This document shows, in pieces, positions 36,739-44,855 of a DNA stretch of 64,000 nt. Position numbers and translations under genes: made by a program. The notes beneath the pieces are model-generated. The model searched no databases, was not told where the DNA came from, and worked only from the letters and a program-made list of their open reading frames with translations. Numbering within the stretch: the first letter of the stretch is position 1; each line of letters opens with the position of its first letter. Origin of the DNA: Ignavibacteriaceae bacterium (GTDB taxonomy: Bacteria; Bacteroidota; Ignavibacteria; Ignavibacteriales; Ignavibacteriaceae). The stretch is taken from positions 731 to 64,730 of the forward strand of contig JBJKOY010000213.1 of NCBI GenBank assembly GCA_046706945.1, given 5' to 3'.

Positions 36739-38454
36739 ATGAAAAAATTATTATTCGTTATCCTTTGCGCGGCCGTATATATATCGGCACAAGATCAGGA
36801 CCCTTTAATTGTAGGTAAAAGAATTGCCGACAGAATAATATCCGAAACCAGGTTTGAAACCGTAACCGCCGCGCAAAAGCCATCCGCCGATGTTCAAGTT
36901 ATAGACTTTCAAAAAGCCTTCGTATCCGATACGATGAATAATGTTTATGCTATTGCTTATAATTCAATGATGGAAAATAAGGAATTGAAATTCGGGATCA
37001 GCTATTCGTCGCCCGTTAACGTATGGATTAACGGCAGGCAAGTCTTCGGCGGAAGGGAAGAAAATCGCTTTGAGTTTAAGGAGATTGCATATTCAATTTT
37101 CGTATTCAACGATACGATTAAAGCGGATCTGCGCAGGGGGGAAAATACGTTCGTTGTTGAATCGGCAGGACGCGGGAAGGCCAAGGTGTATCTTCGTGAA
37201 ATTACATTACCGGAAGAGAGACCGGCCTCCGTGTTCGTCCCCTGCAGCAGAGATATAAAAAACTATACGTGGCCCTGGTGTTTTGTAGCTGCGGGCAAGA
37301 TAAAAATAGATGTTAACAATATACCGGCCGATATTAAGAGCGGAAGATACATGCATATTATACCGGGGGCTTTAAAGCTTAAGAAATTAGCTTCTAATCC
37401 GAACAGTACATATAAAAAAGATTCTTTCGCCGACTGGAATTATCCCAACGGTATTTTAATGATGTCATTAGCGGAACTTTCAGAAAAGACCGGCGACGAA
37501 ATTTACGGCAGGTTTGTTAAAAAATATTGCAACTTCATAAAAGACAACATGCAACAGTTCGGAAAGCAGTATTACGAGGATAATGACTTACGCGGCAGCT
37601 TTTACCGGATGTTTAGAAAGAGCATGCTCGACGATGCAGGCGCGCCGGCGCTTCCGTTTGCCGAAACGGAGCTTAATAAGCACATCGATAATTACGATAA
37701 AATAATAAACGAGATGGCTGATTATATAATGAACCGGCAGACCCGGTTACAGGACGGGACATTATGCCGTCCCGAGCCCGAAGAATGGACTGTGTGGGCC
37801 GATGATCTCTTTATGTCGGTGCCGTTGCTGTTAAGGGTTGCTATTTTGAGAAATGATGACCGGTATTTTAATGAGGCGTCGAAGCAGCTTATAAATTTTA
37901 ACAAGTATCTTTATGATAAAAGCACGGGGCTTTATCAACACGGCTGGTTCAGTCGTACGGATAAGAAATCGGGAGTATTCTGGGGAAGAGCGAACGGCTG
38001 GGTTATTTGGGCGACGTCCGAAGCGTTAAAATATTTGCCTGAGGAAATTCCGTCATATAATATTGTAAAAAGAAATTTCATAGAACATCTTAACGGTGTA
38101 TTGGCCTGCCAGGATAAGGACGGTATGTGGCACCAGGTGCTTGATGATAAAACATCGTTTGAAGAAACATCATGCACGGCCATGTTTATTATCGGGCTGT
38201 CGCGTGCCGTAACAAGCGGATTGCTGAATAAAGATGTCGGCGCGAACATATTTAAAGCTTGGGATGCGCTTCAAAGCAGGATAGGTCCGGACAGAATCGT
38301 AAAAGATATTTGCTGCGGAACCGGGATCGGCTTTAATAAAGAATTTTATAAGGAAAGAAAAAGGTACGATAACGACCCGCGGGGACTCGGCGCGGTTATA
38401 ACGGCGGCGGCGGAAGTAAGCAATCTTCAAAAATATCTGCAAAAGAACCGGTAA
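36739..38454 (+). CDS. GH88/GH105 unsaturated glucuronyl/rhamnogalacturonyl hydrolase with an N-terminal extension of about 200 aa
   Basis: Family motifs WADDLFMSVPLLLR, VFWGRANGWVIWA and MWHQVLDD. Signal peptide MKKLLFVILCAAVYISAQ. Confidence 0.8.
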   Translation: MKKLLFVILCAAVYISAQDQDPLIVGKRIADRIISETRFETVTAAQKPSADVQVIDFQKAFVSDTMNNVYAIAYNSMMENKELKFGISYSSPVNVWINGRQVFGGREENRFEFKEIAYSIFVFNDTIKADLRRGENTFVVESAGRGKAKVYLREITLPEERPASVFVPCSRDIKNYTWPWCFVAAGKIKIDVNNIPADIKSGRYMHIIPGALKLKKLASNPNSTYKKDSFADWNYPNGILMMSLAELSEKTGDEIYGRFVKKYCNFIKDNMQQFGKQYYEDNDLRGSFYRMFRKSMLDDAGAPALPFAETELNKHIDNYDKIINEMADYIMNRQTRLQDGTLCRPEPEEWTVWADDLFMSVPLLLRVAILRNDDRYFNEASKQLINFNKYLYDKSTGLYQHGWFSRTDKKSGVFWGRANGWVIWATSEALKYLPEEIPSYNIVKRNFIEHLNGVLACQDKDGMWHQVLDDKTSFEETSCTAMFIIGLSRAVTSGLLNKDVGANIFKAWDALQSRIGPDRIVKDICCGTGIGFNKEFYKERKRYDNDPRGLGAVITAAAEVSNLQKYLQKNR

Positions 38455-38522
38455 TATAAAGCAAATCATCTTACGATTTTATACTTACTTGTTAAAAAGA
38501 AAATAAGAGGAGCAATATAAAT

Positions 38523-39299
38523 ATGGATACAAATATAGCCCGGACTTTTATAATAGATAACCTAAAAGTTGTGATAGCATCAGACAGAAAGAAAGTCGGT
38601 GAACTTTCGGCGGAAAGGGTTGCAAAATTGATAAAAGAGCTGCTTAAGCATCAGGAAGAAGTAAGGATAGTATTTGCCGCGGCGCCGTCTCAGAATGAAT
38701 TCCTCTACGAATTGTCAATTGATAAAAGTATCGACTGGTCGAGAGTAATCGCGTTTCACATGGACGAGTACATCGGGTTGCCGGCCGATTCCGATAAGCT
38801 ATTCGCTAAATATTTAACCGACCGTATATTTTCAAAAGTGCAGTTTAAGAAAGTATATCTGATTAATTCTCAGGAAACGGACGTGCAAAAGGAATGCGGA
38901 AGATACGAGTCGTTATTAAAAGAAAAGATAATTGATATAGTCTGCATGGGCATAGGCGAGAACGGGCATATTGCATTTAACGATCCTCCGGTAGCGGATT
39001 TTAATGATCCGGAATTTATTAAGATTGTTGTGCTGGATGAGAGATGCAAAATACAGCAGGTAAACGACGCCGGGTTCGGCAGCGTTGATGAGGTACCTAA
39101 AACGGCTTATACACTTACCGTGCCCGCGTTATTGTCCGCCCATTATTTAAGTATAGCGGTTCCCGGCAAAAGAAAAGCGGAAGCGGTAAGAAATACTCTT
39201 CTAAGCGAGATATCCGCCGAATGCCCGTCCACGGTTTTGAGACATCACCCGGAAGCAATCCTTTACCTCGATATAGAATCCGCTTCTTTGTTAGAATAA
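38523..39299 (+). CDS. glucosamine-6-phosphate deaminase/isomerase family protein (NagB-like)
   Basis: Motifs VFAAAPSQNEF, AFHMDEYIGL and CMGIGENGHIAFNDPP. Confidence 0.8.
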   Translation: MDTNIARTFIIDNLKVVIASDRKKVGELSAERVAKLIKELLKHQEEVRIVFAAAPSQNEFLYELSIDKSIDWSRVIAFHMDEYIGLPADSDKLFAKYLTDRIFSKVQFKKVYLINSQETDVQKECGRYESLLKEKIIDIVCMGIGENGHIAFNDPPVADFNDPEFIKIVVLDERCKIQQVNDAGFGSVDEVPKTAYTLTVPALLSAHYLSIAVPGKRKAEAVRNTLLSEISAECPSTVLRHHPEAILYLDIESASLLE

Positions 39300-39363
39300 T
39301 ATTCCGTTAAAATAAAGTATTATATTTGACCGGGTAATAAAAACACAATATTAGTCTTTAGAT

Positions 39364-40500
39364 ATGAAAATTCTTATAGCGCCAAACAGCTTTAAGGAAT
39401 GCGCCGATTCGGTAAAAATAGCCGGATTATTTTACGGATATTTATCCGGGAAGCAGCACTTGGATATAACATTAAAACCGTTGTCGGACGGCGGCGACGG
39501 ATTTCTGAATGTATGCGTAAAGAATTTTGATCTCGATATACTTACTTACAAAATACCTGCGCCTTACGGAAGCAAGCCGATAAACTGCAGGGTAGGATAC
39601 GGCCGGCAAGGAGGAAAAATTTATATTGAATCTGCCGACGCAGTCGGCTTAAAGCTTATTCCAAAGGAAAAGAGGCATCCGCTTTATTTGAATTCGCGCG
39701 GGCTCGGAGTATTGCTATTTAAAATAGCTAATGATATCAGGGCGAAAAAAATTAATGCACGCAAAGTTGTAATAGGCATTGGCGGAACAGGCACAAACGA
39801 CATGGCCATAGGCGCGTTATATGAACTGGGATTAAAGCTTCTCGATAAAAACGATAACCTGCTTGAACCGATACCTGCTAATTATAGTGAGGTTAGGAAA
39901 ATAATCCGATCTAAGATCAAATTTCCCTTTAAGGTTGAACTCGTAACCGATGTTATTAATCCGCTTACGGGAAAGAACGGTTCATCGAATGTGTACGGAA
40001 GGCAAAAAGGATTAACATCCGGAGAAATTAAAATTGCCGAAGCCGGTTTTCGGAATATTATAAGAATTTCAAGGAAAGCGGGAATTACTAAAGATAAAAT
40101 TTTTATCTCAGGTGCCGGCGGCGGACTTGCGGGCGGATTACAGATGTTCCTTAATGCGGGTGTTATGCTATCCGATAAGTTTATATCCCGGGAGCTCGGA
40201 TTGGCAAAAAGAGAAAAGTACGCAGCGGTTATAACCGCTGAAGGGGCATTCGACGAGCAAAGTTTTATGAACAAAGCCGCCGGTACCGTAATTAAAAAGT
40301 ATTCGGGAACCGGAACGAAAGTATTTTTAGTCTGCGGAAAAATTGACGAAAAAATTTTGGGGAAAATACCTGCGGACGTAATTCAGGTAGAGTTGTTGAA
40401 ATATTTTAGCAGCACCGAAGAATCGATAAAGTATTACAAAAGGGGAATAAAATTCGCATGCCGGCACATTTTGAAAAGCCTCGAATATTATTATCCATGA
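39364..40500 (+). CDS. glycerate kinase
   Basis: N-terminus MKILIAPNSFKECADS and PLSDGGDGF, both typical of the GlxK/GarK family. 378 aa. Confidence 0.85.
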   Translation: MKILIAPNSFKECADSVKIAGLFYGYLSGKQHLDITLKPLSDGGDGFLNVCVKNFDLDILTYKIPAPYGSKPINCRVGYGRQGGKIYIESADAVGLKLIPKEKRHPLYLNSRGLGVLLFKIANDIRAKKINARKVVIGIGGTGTNDMAIGALYELGLKLLDKNDNLLEPIPANYSEVRKIIRSKIKFPFKVELVTDVINPLTGKNGSSNVYGRQKGLTSGEIKIAEAGFRNIIRISRKAGITKDKIFISGAGGGLAGGLQMFLNAGVMLSDKFISRELGLAKREKYAAVITAEGAFDEQSFMNKAAGTVIKKYSGTGTKVFLVCGKIDEKILGKIPADVIQVELLKYFSSTEESIKYYKRGIKFACRHILKSLEYYYP

Positions 40501-40799
40501 GTTCGGTAAAAAATTCTGTCCTTTCGGTGTTATTGTTTCCGGAGACGGATAAAACGTCCTGCGTTTTGCGCCCAAAGTAAAAGAACGGACCGTTACTTTT
40601 GCAAACTTCAATTCTTTGTCTTTCGAATAATAGGATAAAACCTTCCAAGTCCGCAATTGTTCCGTAATTTTACCCGTTCATTTGAAATTATTTTGCAGGT
40701 TAATAATAATTTTAAATCTTATCTTCTTATTTTATGAAAACTTAATTGATTGCGTTAGCCTAATAATAATGTTAAATAATACGGTACCGGAACCTGCTG

Positions 40800-42359
40800 C
40801 TATTTCAATATATAAAACTTCCGTGCCGAATTAATTCCCGGGCCGGTGATTATAACGAAATAAATGCCTGAGGGCAGGTTTATTGAACCCCGGAAAATTT
40901 TGACCGCATTGTTTCCGGGAAACAAACGGCGATCAATATCGTCCAGCTGCCTGCCGAGAATATCGAATATACGGATATTAACATTGGCCGAAGATGATAG
41001 ATTTATTTGTAAATAAGGCTCAGGCCCTGAATAATAAACCTTTACTTGCGGCGATTGATTGAGCTTAGTCTTATTGACCAATGTGACCGCCGGGGTATCC
41101 ATAAATCTAACATCATACCTAAATAGTTCTACCGTGTTTCCGTTCACCTCAACATTAAGTAAATTCGGCGTTTTATTTACAAGCATTGTTTTTTCGGCAG
41201 ATGCTAAAACTTCTACATCATCCGATGAGGAAGCCGCGTAACAAAGCTGTGTCCCTTTTGAGAAATACCGGTTTATGCCTTCAACAACCCAGTAGTGGGG
41301 AGTAGGCTGCGCTCCCGTGGAATAATAAGTACTTGTAAATAAGTAATTGTCGATCTCGCCTTCCTCCGGGTTCCAGACCAAACCGAGAGATGCGTTGTTT
41401 AAAATGGCGTGCAAATAACACGATGCGTGGTTCGCGGCCGTGAACTGAGTGTCGGTTGAATCGTCGCCGCCGTAAAATTCCGATATGACGATAGGCAGAT
41501 CAATCTTTTGCGAAAGCTGCCGGACCACGAGGCCGAAATATTTGGTTAATTTCATTTTCTCGGAAAATGAGTAGGTGTTTGTATCGTGATAATCGATCAA
41601 TGAGTAATCGAAGCAGAAAAAATCGGCCCCGTGCTTGTTCTTCAGCCAATAATTAATTACGTCCCAATCCTTGCTGCTTATCGGTTTATAAGTGTCGCGT
41701 CCGCTCTTTCCCAGTTCTACGCCGCCGTCGCCTTGTATCACTATATAAGGACCACCGATTAAAGCATCCGGACGAACTGCTTTAACCGAATCGTAAACCG
41801 CGTTATATAAATTCGTGTACCTTACGTAATCCCAGTTGTTCAGAGAATTGTTCCAGTATCCTTTCAATTCATTCCACACCTGGAAATATTTAACATCGCT
41901 ATAACGGGAGGCCACAGCCGCACACAAATGCGCGAATGCGCCGTCGTACTTGTCTTCCACGGCAGCTTCCATAGACCAGTCGTCCGTTCCCTTCATCCAT
42001 CCCGGCGCGGTGCAGAAAGTAATCATTCCCGGTTTATTTATTGAGCGCATAAGGTTAACGCGGTGATCAAGATCCTTCCAATAATAAACTCCCGGCTGCG
42101 GTTCCGGATCTCCGGCGCCCCAGCCCATGATGTGTTGGTTCTGGAATGCAATACCGTTGATAAGCAGATTATCGGCGTTATGCACCGCAACCGGGTTCCC
42201 GTACTCCCAGAACCCGCCGGTATAAGTAACGCCGATTTGGAACCGGCTTACCGTCAGCGGACGCGCCGGGTCTATATTAATTACGGCATCCTGCGCGTGA
42301 ATAATCAAACTTGATAATAAAATAATGAAAATTGTGAACGGCTTTTTCAAATACGTCAT
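40800..42359 (-). CDS. clan GH-A TIM-barrel glycoside hydrolase (GH39/GH5-like) with T9SS C-terminal domain
   Basis: The start is taken at MTYLKKPFTIFIILLSSLIIHAQ (ATG 42359; track start 42401). Acid/base-type motif FQVWNELKGYW and nucleophile-type motif PIVISEFYGG. C-terminal beta-sandwich ..IRIFDILGRQL..GIYFVIITG..KFYILK. Confidence 0.65.
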   Translation of the reverse strand: MTYLKKPFTIFIILLSSLIIHAQDAVINIDPARPLTVSRFQIGVTYTGGFWEYGNPVAVHNADNLLINGIAFQNQHIMGWGAGDPEPQPGVYYWKDLDHRVNLMRSINKPGMITFCTAPGWMKGTDDWSMEAAVEDKYDGAFAHLCAAVASRYSDVKYFQVWNELKGYWNNSLNNWDYVRYTNLYNAVYDSVKAVRPDALIGGPYIVIQGDGGVELGKSGRDTYKPISSKDWDVINYWLKNKHGADFFCFDYSLIDYHDTNTYSFSEKMKLTKYFGLVVRQLSQKIDLPIVISEFYGGDDSTDTQFTAANHASCYLHAILNNASLGLVWNPEEGEIDNYLFTSTYYSTGAQPTPHYWVVEGINRYFSKGTQLCYAASSSDDVEVLASAEKTMLVNKTPNLLNVEVNGNTVELFRYDVRFMDTPAVTLVNKTKLNQSPQVKVYYSGPEPYLQINLSSSANVNIRIFDILGRQLDDIDRRLFPGNNAVKIFRGSINLPSGIYFVIITGPGINSARKFYILK

Positions 42360-42446
42360 TTTTAAAGTATACTCAATAGACAGCTTATAATAGTTAAACA
42401 TATTAGTATTTTAACAGTAAATAAATATACGAACAAAAATATCTCC

Positions 42447-42477
42447 GATTAACTTAATAACAGATTAACTTAATAAC
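42447..42477. repeat. tandem direct repeat, 2 x GATTAACTTAATAAC separated by one A
   Basis: Read directly from the sequence: 42447-42461 and 42463-42477 are identical 15-mers. They lie in the divergent promoter region between the GH-A hydrolase and the PP2C phosphatase. Confidence 0.6.
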
Positions 42478-42573
42478 CTTCCCGAATATTTGATATTTAT
42501 AATTTATTATTTAATTTCTACCCGGTATTTTAATATTTAGTCCCGTACTTCTTATCATTTTATCTAAAGCAAT

Positions 42574-43704
42574 TTGAGAAAAACTATTCGTCCATATCAC
42601 TATGCCTTCTGGGAAAAGCTCCCGCTTAGCGCTTATTTTCTATTCACGTTATCTGTATTCTTCAGCTTTTCGATTTTCGGCACCGCGTTCGACCTTATCC
42701 AGAAACTCGCGCCTCCCATTCCTTTAACAATCTTTTGGTCGATTTATTCGGGCATTGTCTCAATGGGATATGCATATACTTTTACCCGCAACCGCAAAGC
42801 CCTTGTTTTCGTTTTAGTTTTTCAGATAGGAATTCCGTTTATACATTGGAATGAAATCTTTGCCGGATTCGGAGCATCCTCTCAATCTTCTAAATTAATT
42901 TTCGACGCCGTCTGCATTTATATAGGCGTATCTCTCGGATATGTTTTTTTCATCATATTCATATCCCGCGAGGGAATAAAGCAGCTGCGGCTAAAGACCG
43001 AAATAGACCTTGCGGCGGAAATGCACGATGTGCTGGTGCCTTCGATCGAGTTAAATACCGGAAAGTTTGAAGTATACGGAAAATCCAACCCGGCACTGGA
43101 ACTCGGCGGGGACCTGATCGATATATTTGAGAAGGACAATCAAATGACCGTATATATTGCCGATGTATCCGGTCACGGCATCAATGCAGGTTTGCTGATG
43201 GGCATGTTTAAGTCCGCTATCCGATCCTGGCTCGGCAGCAACGCACCGTTGACCAAGTTAATAAACGAAACTAATAAAACTCTGCACAAATTAAAAAAAT
43301 CAAACATGTTTGTTACCGGCAGCATTATCAGGTTCCATCCGGAAGCATCGTTAGAGTATTTAACCGCGGGTCATCTGCCTGTTTTGTATTTCAGGAAAAA
43401 CTCAAATACCGTTGAGCATCTTTTAATAAAACAGATTCCCGTCACTGTGAAAGAAGATTTTATCTTTTCCAGTCAATTTATAAATTATTCCGCCGGAGAT
43501 ATTTTTGTCCTGCTTACCGACGGAATTATTGAGGTTATGGATAAGAAGGGAGAACAATTCGGTCTAAAAAAAGTGGAAGAAATCTTAATGAATAACTCCA
43601 CGCATAGCGCTAGACAAATTTTCGATATTATGACGGATGAATTAAATAAATTCGGCAAGCAGAAAGACGACCAGTCCGCAATAATCGTTAAGTCTCTAGC
43701 ATAA
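42574..43704 (+). CDS. membrane-bound SpoIIE/PP2C-family serine phosphatase
   Basis: Four or five N-terminal TM segments, then a PP2C_SIG/SpoIIE domain (ELGGDLIDIF...VYIADVSGHGINAGLLMGMFKSAI...LLTDGIIE...DDQSAIIVK). TTG start in the track. Confidence 0.8.
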   Translation: MRKTIRPYHYAFWEKLPLSAYFLFTLSVFFSFSIFGTAFDLIQKLAPPIPLTIFWSIYSGIVSMGYAYTFTRNRKALVFVLVFQIGIPFIHWNEIFAGFGASSQSSKLIFDAVCIYIGVSLGYVFFIIFISREGIKQLRLKTEIDLAAEMHDVLVPSIELNTGKFEVYGKSNPALELGGDLIDIFEKDNQMTVYIADVSGHGINAGLLMGMFKSAIRSWLGSNAPLTKLINETNKTLHKLKKSNMFVTGSIIRFHPEASLEYLTAGHLPVLYFRKNSNTVEHLLIKQIPVTVKEDFIFSSQFINYSAGDIFVLLTDGIIEVMDKKGEQFGLKKVEEILMNNSTHSARQIFDIMTDELNKFGKQKDDQSAIIVKSLA

Positions 43705-43747
43705 CAATCTCCAATTATTGTTATTTATTCCGGACTGTAATTTGATT

Positions 43748-44003
43748 AAATTTGCACAAGTTGACCGCTTATATGAATAAACATCCTATAAACTGCTAAA
43801 AATTAATTATTTGTGGGACTTTGTGTTTCCTTTGTGAGACTTTGTGAAGCAAAAAAATGGTCACTCACGAAGTGATGGCAATGCCAAAAGTCACACTAAG
43901 TTTTTCACAAAGTAGCACAAAGTATAAAATAAAAGCTTTAATGCATAATTCTCATGTCGAGTAAATTAGTTTAAAATTGAAAGCGGTCAACTTGTGTAAA
44001 TTT
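43748..44003. repeat. 256-bp nested inverted-repeat element (MITE-like or invertible-segment-like)
   Basis: Terminal inverted repeats AAATTTGCACAAGTTGACCGCTT (43748-43770) and AAGCGGTCAACTTGTGTAAATTT (43981-44003) match 22/23 as reverse complements. The interior carries ACTTTGTG x3 on the left and CACAAAGT x2 on the right, plus the central small palindromes TCACTCACGAAGTGA and GGCAATGCC. Confidence 0.6.
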
Positions 44004-44044
44004 ATATATTAATTAATTTCACTTTATAGTGCTTCAGTATCCAT

Positions 44045-44854
44045 ATGGGAAACTTTTCCGGATTGATATTCAATATTCAAAGATTCTCCGTAAACGACGG
44101 ACCGGGGATAAGAACAACCGTTTTCTTCAAAGGATGCCCGCTTAACTGCGCTTGGTGCCATAACCCGGAAAGCAGACTCTGTAAACCCGAAAAATTAAAA
44201 TCAAATCCTTATAAGAATTTCAGCGGACTTTTCGGCAGCAACAACGGGGTCATCGGTCTGAATATTTCGGCCGATTCCGTAATCAAGGAAATCGAAAAAG
44301 ATCTTATGTTCTACGAGGAATCAAACGGAGGAGTGACGTTTTCAGGCGGCGAACCTTTAATGCAGATCGATTTCCTTTCCGAACTTCTGCGGATGTGTAA
44401 AAATAAAGATATACATACGGCCGTCGATACTTCCGGGTATGCTTCCTTTGATGATTTATCAAGGATACTTTCTTACACAGATTTATTTTTATTCGATCTT
44501 AAAATTGTCGATGAAATCGAACATCTTAAGTACGTAGGCGTTTCCAACGATATAATTCTAAACAATCTTCGCGAACTTTCAAAAGCCGGCAAAAATTTGA
44601 TAATAAGAATTCCTTTGATACCCGGAATAACGGACACGGAAAGCAATCTTAACGGTATTTTTGAATTTATCTCGCAATTAAAATCCGGCATAAAGATCTC
44701 TTTGCTTCCTTTTAATGAAATGACGGCCGGGAAATATCAAAACCTCGGGGTTGATTTTAAATTAAAAAACGTATTATCTCAATCTGCGGAATTTTTATCT
44801 GAAGTTGCTGAAAAGTTTCAGGCACGAGGCTATGAAGTAAAATTAAGGGGCTGA
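44045..44854 (+). CDS. glycyl-radical enzyme activating protein (radical SAM, PflA-like short form)
   Basis: N-terminus FNIQRFSVNDGPGIRTTVFFKGCPLNCAWCHNPES with the CX3CX2C cluster motif, plus the SAM-binding GGEPL. 269 aa. Confidence 0.9.
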   Translation: MGNFSGLIFNIQRFSVNDGPGIRTTVFFKGCPLNCAWCHNPESRLCKPEKLKSNPYKNFSGLFGSNNGVIGLNISADSVIKEIEKDLMFYEESNGGVTFSGGEPLMQIDFLSELLRMCKNKDIHTAVDTSGYASFDDLSRILSYTDLFLFDLKIVDEIEHLKYVGVSNDIILNNLRELSKAGKNLIIRIPLIPGITDTESNLNGIFEFISQLKSGIKISLLPFNEMTAGKYQNLGVDFKLKNVLSQSAEFLSEVAEKFQARGYEVKLRG

Positions 44855-44855
44855 A

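Noticed and set aside
42574-43704. The PP2C phosphatase as the PppA-type partner of the T6SS FHA protein TagH.
   Set aside because: It lies 13 kb away, separated by unrelated operons. It is a membrane SpoIIE-type phosphatase rather than the soluble PppA type. No Ser/Thr kinase is present in the window.
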